Below the pieces are notes generated by a model. The model was not told the DNA's origin. It searched no databases and saw nothing but the letters and a program-made list of their open reading frames with translations. This document shows positions 13,608 through 26,036 of a DNA stretch of 64,000 nt, piece by piece. Made by a program: the position numbers and the translations under genes. Location of the stretch: NCBI GenBank assembly GCA_040437565.1, contig JBDOQK010000010.1, positions 124,001 to 188,000 on the forward strand. The letters run 5' to 3'. Within the stretch, counting starts at the first letter, position 1; each line of letters opens with the position of its first letter. This stretch comes from Albugo candida. Its lineage: Eukaryota.

Positions 13608-14684
13608 ATGCGCCCGGCCAAACGTATTGTCGTCAAGCCTTTCTTGGCAGCTGTTCGAGCGTTAGAGCGCGAGAAGCAGCACCTACATGCATCTATCGTA
13701 TCCGCACTATCTTCCTGTACGCGCGGATGGGACTCGGTGCGGTCTGATGACGTCAATATCACTCATATTGGAGGCGCAATGACCAATTTGATATTTCATG
13801 CTTCCAAGCCCAACGGAGACAACGCGGACGTCATTGTCCGTATCTATGGCGAAGGAACCGACAGTTTTTTCTCTCGAATGGAAGAAATTCGTGTGTTTCA
13901 ACTGCTTTCCGCTCAAAGTATCGGCGTCGCATTATTGGGCGAATTTGAGAATGGAAGAGTGGAAAAACGCATCGACGGATACGCAATCGATGCGAAATTA
14001 ATGCGTAATGCATTGACATCACAGCAAATCGCGCAGCAATTGCGCCGTTTTCACGAATTGGACGTCGATATGGATAAAAAGCCGCGATGGAAAACAGAAT
14101 TGTACCGCTTATTGGCATTGGCTCGAACGAAATATCGCGATGGGATTTTCGACACAGACGATGCAAAAGTGTTTTTCGATGAATACGAGCGCGATATCGA
14201 CAATTTACAGCATGTGCTATCTCGTATTCCTTCTCCATTGGTGCTGAGTCACAACGATCTCCAATATGGAAACATTATGAGTCTGAAGGACAACAGTGTC
14301 GTGCTGATCGATTTCGAATACTGTTCATACAACCCGAGAGGCTACGACATTGGCAATCATTTCTGTGAATGGGCTTTTGACTACCACAAATCCATCAATC
14401 CGCACATTGGCGACTTCACAAAGTATCCTTCGATCCAGCAACAACGACACTTTTGCAGAGCGTATTTGACATCCAATTTTGAATCTTCGCGTGAGATTAC
14501 CGATGAACAAGTTGATGGATTGTGTATGGAAGCAAATGCGTACTCACAAGCGTCTCATTTACTATGGGCGCTTTGGGGTCTCATTCAAGCGAGTCAATCG
14601 GAAATCGACTTTGATTACATGTCGTACGCTCAGTGTCGATATGAAGCGTACAAAAAGCGTCAAACGTTTCCGAGAGATATGTAG
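13608..14684 (+). CDS. Choline/ethanolamine kinase
   Basis: Single 358-aa ORF with 'GGAMTNLIF', 'VRIYG', the Brenner motif 'SHNDLQYGNIM' and the choline kinase motif 'LIDFEYCSYNPRGYDIGNHFCEW'. Confidence 0.93.
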   Translation: MRPAKRIVVKPFLAAVRALEREKQHLHASIVSALSSCTRGWDSVRSDDVNITHIGGAMTNLIFHASKPNGDNADVIVRIYGEGTDSFFSRMEEIRVFQLLSAQSIGVALLGEFENGRVEKRIDGYAIDAKLMRNALTSQQIAQQLRRFHELDVDMDKKPRWKTELYRLLALARTKYRDGIFDTDDAKVFFDEYERDIDNLQHVLSRIPSPLVLSHNDLQYGNIMSLKDNSVVLIDFEYCSYNPRGYDIGNHFCEWAFDYHKSINPHIGDFTKYPSIQQQRHFCRAYLTSNFESSREITDEQVDGLCMEANAYSQASHLLWALWGLIQASQSEIDFDYMSYAQCRYEAYKKRQTFPRDM

Positions 14685-14745
14685 CAGCAAAGACAAACAC
14701 TAACACAACGTCAAAGAGAAAACGTGTCATTTCTTACACAGCTGT

Positions 14746-17700
14746 CTACACGTTTAATGCTTTTCCCACCAATCGGTTCTGTTCCAAGACGTGTATCGCG
14801 TAGTATCCGGTGGCTGGAGATGCTGCAGGACTTCTGCCAACGTACTGAGGCCTTCTGTCATCGTTATTGATCTTCTTGAGCGCGGTTTCAATGCGAGGAG
14901 AGACGTATGTCCAGCATCCCATATTCTGAGGCTCTTCTTGCACCCATACGATATCGGCATTTGGGTATCGAGCAGCTTCTTCAGCGACCTTATCGAATGG
15001 AAATGGAGCAATTTGCTCGACTCGGATCATTGCAACGGAATCGATCTTCTTCTCTTGGCGCTCTTGAAGGAGATCGTAATACACTTTACCCGTACAAAAG
15101 ATCACACGTCGAACAGCGTCTTCACGGACCAATTGCTCAGGAAATTCTTCAGGCAACAGCCGCTGGAAACGAGTATTCTGAGCCATATCTTGAAGATTGG
15201 AAGCCGCCTGACGAAGTCGGAGTAAATGTTTCGGCTGGACAGAGATCAAAGGCTTGCGGAAATCACGATGTAGCTGTCGTCGAAGCACGTGAAAGTATTG
15301 GGCGGGCGTCGAGCAATACACAACTTGCCAATTGGTATGTTGAATCTGCATCCGATTCTCTTCATCCATCGATGGCACCTCATCGGGCTCTTCGTCGGTC
15401 ATTTGTAGGAACCTCTCGAGTCGGCAGGAAGAATGTTCTCCGCCCTGTCCTTCATACCCGTGCGGCAACAGCAACACAAGACCCGATTGACGCATCCATT
15501 TGTCTTCTCCAGCACTCAAAAACTGATCGATTATGATTTGCGCGCCATTAGCAAAGTCTCCAAACTGAGCTTCCCACATGACTAACGCGTTCGGATTCTC
15601 TAACGAGTATCCCAATTCGAATCCCATGACGCCAAATTCAGACAAGGAGCTATTACATGCCACAAATTCCGCTTGTGTTTCCGGTAAACCCGCTTTCTCT
15701 TTCGGTGTGTAGTGAATGGGAGTCGATGGAGACGATTTAGACACCACGTGATTCAATGGAACGTACTCGCGGTTGGAGTTCTGATCGTGAAGAACAGCAT
15801 GTCGATGACTGAATGTTCCACGTTCGACGTCTTGTCCACTGATACGCACATGATTCCCTTCGAGTAAAAGTGTTCCCCACGCTAACGCTTCCGCAGTGCC
15901 CCAATCGATCCCTTCTCCGGTCTCAATGGAATTCCTTTTGGTGCTCAGAATACGACTCAATTGGCGATTGATTTCAAATCCGTTTGGAATCTCACAAATC
16001 TTACTTCCAATATGCTTGAGCATTTGGATATCAATTCCAGTGCTTCGGATTCGCGATTGTTGATTGGGACTTTTGAATGATTCCCATCGATTCGCAAGCC
16101 AATCGCTCTTCTTCCCCGACTCCCAATTTGTCGATTCTTCAAACGTACGTTCAAAGAATTTCCATACTTTTGTCACAATTGCGTCACATTGTTCTTTGGT
16201 AGCCATTTGCTTGCTCACAAGTTGTTCAATGTATTTTTCCAACACCGATGTCATTTGATCGATTTTCTTGTACATAATCGGCTGTGTGAACATTGGATTA
16301 TCGATCTCATTATGTCCAAAACGCCGGTAACACGTCAAATTGATTATCACATCCGATCGCCATATTTGACGCCATTCAGCAGCCAATTCAAACACTTTGA
16401 CAACGGCAATCGGATCGTCAGCGTTCACGTGAAGAATTGGGATATCCATCGCCTTGCCGACATCCGAGCAATATTGAGAAGAACGCGAGTTTGTTGGATC
16501 AGTTGTGAATCCGATTTGATTATTGACGACAACGTGAATGGTACCTCCAGTGTCATAGTTTTCCAAGCCAGCGAGATGCATGGTCTCATAGACAACACCT
16601 TGGCCACTGAATGCAGCGTCTCCATGAAGCAGTAAGCCCATTACTTTACGTTCTGCTTCGGCATCATTTCCCAAGTAAAATTGTTTGGCCCGAGCTTTTC
16701 CGACGACAACTGGATCCACAGCTTCTAAATGGGAAGGATTCGCGACGAGAGAGAGATGCACACGACGTCCGTCTGGGTACATGCGATCATACGAAGTTCC
16801 AAGATGATATTTAACGTCTCCGGAATTCGACCAATCGTCCATTTGGTCGCGTTGATACTGATCGACATCGATGTGTGTTCCTTGGAATTCCTTAAAGATT
16901 TGCTGGATTGGCTTACGAATGACGTTGGAGAGGACATTGAGACGTCCACGATGAGGCATTCCGATCACCAGATGCTCCATTCCGAGCTTTGTGGCACAAT
17001 CGATCATGTACTTCAAGCCTGGAATTAAAGACTCGGCTCCTTCCAATCCAAAGCGCTTTGTGGTGTTATATTTATTGCCCAAGAAACGTTCGAATACCAC
17101 AGAGAATGCCAGACGTTCGAGGATGTGCATCTTCTTCTCTTGTGTCTCTTCTTCACGCACCAAATGCTCCATTTTCGTTCGGATCCAATTGCAGCGATCG
17201 CGCGATAAAATGTGCATATATTGCTATTTGGAGAATGGATAACCTTTGGGAATTGATATATATGTGGGTTTCATAGAAGACGTACCACTCCGATGGTGTT
17301 GCAATATGTTTCTTTCAAGCGCTCGACGATCTCACCTAAAGTCATGCTTTTTCCTTGAGTGAGTTCTTCCAGGAATCCAGACACTCCGGACGCGCTAAAN
17401 NNNNNNNNNNNNNNNNNNNNNNNNNNNNNNNNNNNNNNNNNNNNNNNNNNNNNNNNNNNNNNNNNNNNNNNNNNNNNNNNNNNNNNNNNNNNNNNNNNNC
17501 ATTCCGATCACCAGATGCTCCATTCCGAGCTTTGTGGCACAATCGATCATGTACTTCAAGCCTGGAATTAAAGACTCGGCTCCTTCCAATCCAAAGCGCT
17601 TTGTGGTGTTATATTTATTGCCCAAGAAACGTTCGAATACCACAGAGAATGCCAGACGTTCGAGGATGTGCATCTTCTTCTCTTGTGTCTCTTCTTCACG

Positions 17701-18574
17701 CACCAAATGCTCCATTTTCGTTCGGATCCAATTGCAGCGATCGCGCGATAAAATGTGCATATATTGCTATTTGGAGAATGGATAACCTTTGGGAATTGAT
17801 ATATATGTGGGTTTCATAGAAGACGTACCACTCCGATGGTGTTGCAATATGTTTCTTTCAAGCGCTCGACGATCTCACCTAAAGTCATGCTTTTTCCTTG
17901 AGTGAGTTCTTCCAGGAATCCAGACACTCCGGACGCGCTAAAGGAAGCATTTATTTAGCAGTATGTGATACCTTTATAAATTGATATAACGTACAAATTT
18001 TTAGGGATAGTAATTGTGCGGTTTAGATCGGATTTGGTGAACCCGTACATCTCAATGCTCAATTCTGGAACTTGAGGACGCTCTTGCAGCTCCAAGGGAT
18101 CCAATTTGGCTGCTTCATGTCCGCGACTTTGATACGCTCGAATCAGATAACTCAGACCCAATGCATCATTATGCTCTGATTGGTTGGAAATAGCGGAATG
18201 CTGCGTTTTGATTGGTTGTATACCACTTTGTATACTTGGTGGTGGAATGAACGCTTCGCCTGGCACTGCGCCGCTTTCGACTTGCTCAAAGTAGACGTTC
18301 CACGATGTATGGACGCTAACGATACCATGTATCAGTATAGGCGTTAGAGATGCGCGTGTACAAACCTTTTCGGATCTTCCTTCCAGCTAGTATACATCTT
18401 TTCCACGTATACATTATTTGTCGTTGTGAGGAAACTCTCACTCGGGTGCGGTGAGGACGAAAGACTCCGCAGCCCGTTTAAAACCGCGTTTGGTCGCACG
18501 CGAGCCTCACCCATGTGCAGTCGCATCGCTCGATGCACATGCCTGCAAACTGTCGCCATTTGAGGATACGTCAT
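14746..18574 (-). CDS. OGDH: 2-oxoglutarate dehydrogenase E1 component, mitochondrial; 3 exons, with an artefactual internal duplication at a gap
   Basis: 'KRFGLEGAESLIPG', 'GMPHRGRLN', 'SGDVKYHLG', 'NPSHLE', TPP motif 'HGDAAFSGQG', 'EAQFGDF'. Arg-rich transit-like N-terminal exon; 'LIRAYQSRGH..LDPL' in exon 2. Confidence 0.95.
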
Positions 18575-18771
18575 CGCGTCTTACGATTTCGTTCGCAATC
18601 TATTTACATCGACCCGACCCAAGGGCCCGTATACCTACCGTATATCGCGGATACCGGTATCATGACCAGCTGCTATCGCTCTCTATCGCTTCGCAACGCT
18701 CAATAAACGTCACGCAATACGTTTCTCCGATTTATTGCACGCTTTGCACTTTGTAGTTGTACGCACACACG

Positions 18772-21700
18772 ATGGAAGGCATCAAGGTACGTGTTTACGC
18801 ATCTACGGACGCTATCTGTGGCGCTGAACGTCTGTGCTTTTTATCGGTAGGTATACGTACCGGATCCAGCGCATGTGTGGCTCCCAGCGGTAGTTTTGAA
18901 GTCTCTACAGAATGAAAGTGTGCTTCGCATTCGAATTGAACCAATGAGTCGACCAAATGGAACGACAAACGGCGCACTTGTATCATCGGAGGAGAACCTG
19001 TATAATTTGATACATCAGGAGCGTAGTATCGAATTAAGCGATTGTGAGATCCGGCAGACAATTCAAAGTGGATTCATCACAAAAAAGGATGCAAATACTC
19101 TTATCTGTACGCCGATAGAATCAATTCGGTCGCATTTACACAACAAAGCAGACAAATACTCACTACCTCTACAAAATAATAGTCTGCTATCAACGAATCA
19201 AGGAAATGGATTCGATGATATGATCAAACTCGACTATTTGCATGAAGCTTCCATACTTTATAACCTCCGACATCGATTCTTTTGCAAACTCCCGTATACG
19301 TATACCGGCAATATTTGTATCGCTGTAAATCCATACAGATGGCTCAACCTGTATACTCCNNNNNNNNNNNNNNNNNNNNNNNNNNNNNNNNNNNNNNNNN
19401 NNNNNNNNNNNNNNNNNNNNNNNNNNNNNNNNNNNNNNNNNNNNNNNNNNNNNNNNNNNGATGGCTCAACCTGTATACTCCAGACCTCATGCACATGTAT
19501 ACTGACGGAAATCGCCACGGCAAGCCACCCCACGTCTACGCTGTTTCCATGGAAGCCTTCCACCACATGCGAAAACACCACATCAACCAGTCCATCCTCG
19601 TCAGTGGCGAATCTGGCGCTGGAAAGACCGAAACAACTAAAATCGTTATGGGGCATTTAGCGACCTTGGCGGCCAATGCGAATTCCGAGGTCATCCAACA
19701 GATTATCCAAATGAATCCACTTTTAGAATCCTTTGGCAACGCCAAAACTGTCCGAAATGACAACAGTTCGCGCTTTGGAAAGTTCACAGAGCTCCAATTT
19801 TCAAAAGACGGAACGCTTGTCGGCGCGAATTCGAGAACCTATTTACTCGAGAAATCACGTGTCACGACGCAAGCTGTCGGAGAGCTCAATTTTCACATTT
19901 TCTATCAGCTTTTACGCAATACAAACAGATTTCCCGACTTGCATCTCCTTCCAAACGCTTCGTATCGGTACATTTTGAACGGCATCGACGATACAAAGCA
20001 CAAAGAAGAAGGAACGTTAGAGCAAACAATACAAGCGCTGGCAGTGGTAGGCATCGATCAAACACTCCAATCCGACATCTTTAGCATTCTGGCAGGCATT
20101 CTTCACCTCGGCCAAGTGGAATTCACAACGTGTGATGATGATATCGATACGTCTAAAGTCTCCGATGTCAAGCCTTTCCATCAGGTTGCCAGACTTCTCA
20201 AAGTCGATACAAACGAATTGGAACGAGCCATTTGCAATCGAAATGTCATTGTTGGACGTGAAGTGATCTGTAAGCCAATGACTCGCGATCAAGCAGCTGA
20301 TTGTCGCGACGCATTAGCGAAAAGTTTGTACTGCAAATTGTTCGTATGGCTCGTGGAGCAAATCAATGAGACAATAAGTGTGAAATCACGCGAGAAAACA
20401 CAATTTATTGGAATTTTGGACATTTTCGGCTTTGAGCATTTCGAAATCAACTCTTTTGAGCAATTTTGCATCAATTACGCGAATGAGAAATTCCAACAGA
20501 AATTCGTACACGATGTCCTGAAAACCGTTCAGATCGAATACGACGAAGAGAGCATTTCGTGGTCGCATATCCACTTCCAAGACAATCAAGACGTCCTCGA
20601 TCTGATCGAAGGAAGACTCGGGGTACTGAGCTTTTTGAACGAGGAATCGATGCTGGCAACCGGCTCCGACGCGGCATTTGCCAGCAAATTGGGCGCTGTG
20701 ATGGAGAACAATCCGCTTTTGGAGACGCCACGCTTGAATCAGTGTGCATTCACGATCTATCATTACGCGGGCAAAGTCACTTACAACGCAACAGGCTTTT
20801 TGGATAAACATCGCGATGCACTTTTGCCTGGAATCAAAGGCGTTATGAGCACATCCAATGTGTCGATTCTCAGCAAAATGTTTGGATTTGATCACAATGA
20901 GACGAAATCATCGACAAAGTTGCTATCGTACCGACAAAAGGCGCAAGCGCAGCCACGACGAACGACTGTGGGGACTCAATTCAAAATGAGTTTGACGGAA
21001 TTAATGGACAAAATAAGCACCACGCAAGTCCATTATGTTCGATGTGTCAAGCCCAATAGCCATAAAAGCCCCATAGCTTTCTCCCATGACGATGTAGTGA
21101 GTCAACTTCGATGTGCTGGCGTCATTGAAGCTATTCGCGTCGCTCGAAGCGCATATTCGAGTCGTATCTCCCACACGGAATGTCTTCAAAACTTTCGACT
21201 CTTATCCATCGCATCGACGCATTGGAATCTCCAGCAAAGCGAAATGATCCTCAAGCAACAATGTGAGCAATTGTTAGCGGTTCTCCTTCCAAATGGCAAA
21301 GTGAGAGACTACCAAGTCGGTCTCACGCGCGTGTACTTTGGCCAAGGCGTTCTGGAGCAATTAGAGACGCAACGAGCGTGGAAATTGCGTCAGTATGCGG
21401 TGATTCTCCAAAATCTCGCACGGAGATATTTATCTCGTCGTCGTTTGGCTCGACTTCGTGCTGGCGCGATATCTTTGCAGGCACTTTGGCGTGGGTACGT
21501 TCTTTGTAAGCGATTCCGTCTCCTTTCTCGTGCAAGTATCCATCTCCAAGCGCGTTTTCGAGGCCGACGAGCACGTAAACAGTATCGTATCATGCGATTC
21601 GATCATTCCATCATTCGTTTCCAAGCGCACTGCCGACAATTTCTGTGTCGTAAACGATATGCCAAACAAATACGTGCTGCGAAATCCCTTCAGCATTTCT

Positions 21701-23019
21701 GGCGATTCTCTCTCGTTCGAAAAGCTTTTGAGAAGCGAATGGAAAAGGAGAAGAAATATAAAGATCTCGGGTCCAAAGTGGCTCGAATTCAGCGGAAATT
21801 GGACCCGAATCAGCTTCGACAAGGGACATTCCGAGGCAGCGCACAATCGTCCGAGAGCGAGTCGAACGATCTCCACAGCAGTACACGTAATTCCAGTCTT
21901 CATTCACGGTCGAGTTTCAATACAAATGGCATCATGGACGAGTCACATGAAGTCATCACAGCGCTTCATTTCGAAAATGAAAGTCTTCGGAAACAATTGG
22001 ACGAACAGGAGGAACATATTCAAAGCCTTAAGGTTCAAATTCGGACATTACGAAGCTGGCAACAATCCAAAGAAGTCGATGATAAGGTCCAGAAAATAGC
22101 ACATCGCGATCAAGAGAGCAAGGAATTGACGTATTTGTGGACGTTGGAAGGTGAATATGATCGACTTCGCGCGTTTCTCTGCTCGATGATGGAACTTCCC
22201 ATGGACACCGGTGCGATTCCATTGCTTCATCCAAGCAGTAAGGACACTCTCACATCCACTAGTTCGAAGAAAACGTTGCAAACATCGCAGAGCGCTATGG
22301 AGCTCTTGCGAGACGAAAGCCCGCATTCCATTTCTCTAAAGAAATCACAAGAAGCCCATTTTCTATTGACAAAAGCCGCAAGTCGTTTAAGCCATTCGAA
22401 ATCAAATGTACCGACGAGAGGAAGCACTCGACGCGTAATGGATCACTGGGAAGAAATTCGTAATTTTCCGCCGGCTTTGCATTACACTTTGGGCTCTGTT
22501 CCATGGAAACGTTTATTAACCGATTGGGCTCAAGGGAATCCGAAAAAGCTCGATTACATGAAACGATGGCTTAAGAACGTGCTGGATGGCGGTCCTATCG
22601 TCTCGACTTCGTTCCCCATGGGCGTGGAGCTCAAGTACGTGACGCCAATGATGCTTGATGGCTTCATGCAACTCATCATTCCGAAACTCGCGGAACGACC
22701 GGATATTCAAGTGCATGTTCACACCAAAGAGTTTATTGGAACGAGTATGCGCATCACGTTATCTCAAGACGACAACAATCCAATTCCACCGCCGCCAGAG
22801 CCACCGATACGCGAAAGTGATTCATTCGCGTCTTTGAAGAAAACAGAAGATTTTCGATACATTTCCACGGCATCGTCTCGTTCCAGCACGCTGACAAATT
22901 CCAATCGATCGAGTTCCAGTACGCTGACGAATTCGATTCGATCGAGTTCGAGTCCGATTCGTTCGCGATCGGCTGGTGGATTTCTCGGACTTCGTCGAAG
23001 CAGAGAGGAAAAGCGATAA
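18772..23019 (+). CDS. Myosin heavy chain (N-terminal SH3-like, motor, ~5-6 IQ-like motifs, coiled coil, uncharacterised tail)
   Basis: Short exon MEGIK spliced to '[13 protein letters not shown]'; '[11 protein letters not shown]', P-loop 'GESGAGKT', '[10 protein letters not shown]', 'LDIFGFE', 'HYVRCVKPN'; IQ repeats such as 'LQALWRGY' and 'LQARFRGR'. The gap at 19360-19459 is a 22-nt overlap artefact. Confidence 0.94.
22881..22946 (+). repeat. 33-bp in-frame tandem duplication in the Ser-rich myosin tail ([10 protein letters not shown] / [10 protein letters not shown])
   Basis: ttccagcacgctgacaaattccaatcgatcgag is followed by ttccagtacgctgacgaattcgattcgatcgag. Confidence 0.75.
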
Positions 23020-23041
23020 TTGTAGCAATATATCTCGTGAC

Positions 23042-25084
23042 TTAAATTCCTTGCAGCATTTCCACAACGCGTTTCGCCGATGGACGCATTCCGGCGTCAA
23101 TATGAAGGCACAATATCGCAATGTCTCGAATACGATGCGGAATATACGCTGAAAACGTCGGCTGAAGCGTTCCATTCATCACGCGATTGAGAATTTGCAC
23201 GGGTCCGAGCTCTAATTCGCTTTTGTGGTCGACGTACGGCATTTCGCACGTGTCGACTTCCGACAAAAAGACTCCAAAGGAGTACATGTCGGATTTTTCC
23301 GAGTACTCGAATCCGTGGAGATTTTCAGGCGCGGTCCAATACGGCGTCCCGATGCCTGCGGTCATCGCGTTGTGCATGTGCTTACTGATTCCGAAATCGA
23401 TGACTTTGACTTGCATTTGATCTGATAAAAGCACGTTTTTGGCCTTAATGTCGCGATGAAGGATCGGTGTTGAGAAGGAATGCAAGTATTCCAATGCTTT
23501 CGCGACACCCATTGCCATTTCGAGCTTTTGACGGGTCCATAAAACTGTCTCATTGGTCTGCAAATACGTTTGGACATCGCCTTTTGCACAGAATTCAAGG
23601 ACCATGCAAAGCTTCTCGAGCGTCGTATACGCGACACCAATGAATGTGACAATGTTGGGATGTTGTAATGACGCGGTTAATTGGATCTCTGCGATGAATT
23701 CCTGAGCTTCTTGAAGAGTATGAGATTTATTCTGAAGCAAACGTTTGACTGCAACGGATTGATTCTGATACTGACAATGCCATATTTCGCCATAAGCGCC
23801 TTTACTGATCAATTGGTCAAAAAAGATTTTCTCCATTGAAATGTATCGCGACTCGAGAATCGGATGATTGAAAAAAGAAGTGCACATTGTGTTGGAACGT
23901 ATTGATGACGGAATATCGCTTTTCCCGCTGTCCATAAACGTTCGACTAGTTAATTCCGACTCGGAGAATGGGCTTTTACTCGATTGTAACATTGTCATAT
24001 TCCCACGAGGTGTTAGGACGTCAATAGCCCACGTCGGAGATGCAATGTCTTCAGGCTCTTTCATTGTGATTGAGAATTCCAAACGACGTTTTCGGTACTG
24101 AACGATAAAGAAAACGATAATTCCGACCAAAAGGATGCAAATAATTGTAATCACTACGACGTATGCGGTACCTAAATCTTTTTTCTTGGCGGTTTTAGTC
24201 GCTTCCAACCAAAGTGTTGTCAATTGCCCAAAGGCTGGAGATGCTAATGACCAATTCGAGGCTAATTCCGACGTATATTGAGCACATGGAATGATGATAG
24301 AACCTGATTGTCCAGTAGCCGGACACTTGCCAAAAGCTGCTTCATTCGACTCTGGTGTCGTGTGGATCCCATTGACAAGGTACGACTTGGAGGTCGATGG
24401 GTCGAACCACGCGTGGCGGATAATGTACGGCTCAGGGTCGAAATCTTCTGTTCCTCCGGTAGCCCATAAAGCGGAATGGCCGCTGATGCCGAAGACGTCT
24501 TCGGTGGCACATAGCGATACTTTGAGGATATTGTCGCCGCGACACAAATCTGAGCGGTATGTCGTTTTGACTAAAGACGCTGGGACATTGTGTACCGTGC
24601 AAGAAATTGTGGTACAATTGACATTTCGATAATTTTTCGCAGGTATTGCAATAGTGTCCATACTCGAGCCATTTCGCGTGTAAATTTTACGCAAGGCGCC
24701 AGAGCCCAATGCGTAGCCACTGTCCCAAATCACAGCACGTTGGAGATAGCCGTTGAGATTCTCAAAGGATAAGCCTATGGAAGTGAGACGCGTGCGAATT
24801 CGCTCGGGAAGCGATTCGGAGGTGAAGGAGAGAGGTTCGATGATGGAGCCCGATGCATATCGTCTATAATATTGCTGCGCGAGGTCAGAAGTGGCGCCAT
24901 CGAATTGGAAGGATGCATTCGTATTTAATTGAATAATTGGAGAAATTGTATCGAGATTGCGAAAAATTAATTGGGACGGTACGAACATGGTTGGGACGGT
25001 ACGCATGCATACATTGAAGTACGATAAGGAAATAAATAGTTTGGTAGGTATACGTCGCAAATGATTTATTACGGCCGTATACAT
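23042..25084 (-). CDS. Receptor-like TKL protein kinase (Cys-containing ectodomain, one TM helix, kinase); true start uncertain
   Basis: TM 'AYVVVITIICILLVGIIVFFIV' followed by 'RKRR'. All kinase motifs are present: 'SKGAYGEIW', 'VAVK', 'HRDIKAKN', 'DFG', 'GTPYWTAPE', 'DMYSFG'. Confidence 0.9.
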   Translation of the reverse strand: MYTAVINHLRRIPTKLFISLSYFNVCMRTVPTMFVPSQLIFRNLDTISPIIQLNTNASFQFDGATSDLAQQYYRRYASGSIIEPLSFTSESLPERIRTRLTSIGLSFENLNGYLQRAVIWDSGYALGSGALRKIYTRNGSSMDTIAIPAKNYRNVNCTTISCTVHNVPASLVKTTYRSDLCRGDNILKVSLCATEDVFGISGHSALWATGGTEDFDPEPYIIRHAWFDPSTSKSYLVNGIHTTPESNEAAFGKCPATGQSGSIIIPCAQYTSELASNWSLASPAFGQLTTLWLEATKTAKKKDLGTAYVVVITIICILLVGIIVFFIVQYRKRRLEFSITMKEPEDIASPTWAIDVLTPRGNMTMLQSSKSPFSESELTSRTFMDSGKSDIPSSIRSNTMCTSFFNHPILESRYISMEKIFFDQLISKGAYGEIWHCQYQNQSVAVKRLLQNKSHTLQEAQEFIAEIQLTASLQHPNIVTFIGVAYTTLEKLCMVLEFCAKGDVQTYLQTNETVLWTRQKLEMAMGVAKALEYLHSFSTPILHRDIKAKNVLLSDQMQVKVIDFGISKHMHNAMTAGIGTPYWTAPENLHGFEYSEKSDMYSFGVFLSEVDTCEMPYVDHKSELELGPVQILNRVMNGTLQPTFSAYIPHRIRDIAILCLHIDAGMRPSAKRVVEMLQGI

Positions 25085-25437
25085 ACGACGATTGTCGGTT
25101 GACTAAACGCTTTTTGAGGAATGCGTAAGAGATAGAACGCGGTTTGGTTGAGGAACGGGTGCGGCCGATACGATTTAGATTTGCTTGAGGAAGGCGTACG
25201 AAACACGACGAGTCTCACGAGTAAATTACGATGATTGATGGTTGTTGGAGTATGACGTGGCATCGAATTGAGTTTCTGAAGGTACAAAGTACGTTTTCAG
25301 TTGCGCAAAAGCGCAAACTAGCTGAGTCACCGACATGGGTGAATCATTCTTTGTAAAAACTAACATCCACTACGACTATACACGTACCTATAGAAAAGTA
25401 CGGGTGTTTCCTCCCACGCAACCTCAAATCTCTCAAA

Positions 25438-26002
25438 ATGTCAGAAACTAGCTCCTCATTTCGCGATAAAGAAGAATTAATCGAAATCAAGCAGCAACTG
25501 GAAACCGAGCTGCATGAAGTGACCAGCCAATTCATTACAATTCAGAACTCATACAAAGAGCAACTTCAAGTTGCCTCACAACTCGATCACGAACTTTGTA
25601 CACTTCGATCGAACTTGATCGTTTCCGGTGCTACTGTTTTGTATGAGTACGGTTCGGCACCAAAACGCAATCCGATTGGTCTTAAAGGTACTCCAATCAG
25701 CGACACGCAACAAAAAAAGCAACTTGTGTATGAAATCCGACAGGTTTGTGGACATTGATTTCCCCACATCAAACTTGAACCATTTCTCGCAGTTTTCCAC
25801 CGCTTCCAATTCACTCCAAAAAGATAATGACGCGCTCCAAACACGTTTAACGAACGTGGAGCGCCAGATCAACAATCTAGAACGATGGGAATGTCTTTCA
25901 CTGACAGAGTTGCAACTGGAGATTGCGCGTTGGATTCAAGAAAAGCGAATACAAAGCTTCAAAACCAAACAAAACGCACATAGCGCAACAAAACCGCATT
26001 GA
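25438..26002 (+). CDS. Small hypothetical coiled-coil protein; 2 exons
   Basis: ORF 25438-25743 and ORF 25793-26002 join in frame through a GT..AG intron (25744-25792). The sequence is heptad-like and E/Q/L-rich, and it fills the space between two conserved genes. Confidence 0.6.
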
Positions 26003-26036
26003 AATGCTCTTATTCATGGTCAAAATTGAAATATCG

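Noticed and set aside
16957-17942. Apparent internal tandem duplication in OGDH (16957-17399 = 17500-17942)
   Set aside because: Identical copies abut a 100-N gap, and collapsing them restores a normal ORF; scaffolding artefact.
14754-23000. Many antisense or alternate-frame ORFs over OGDH and myosin
   Set aside because: Shadows of long real CDSs with no independent coding signal.
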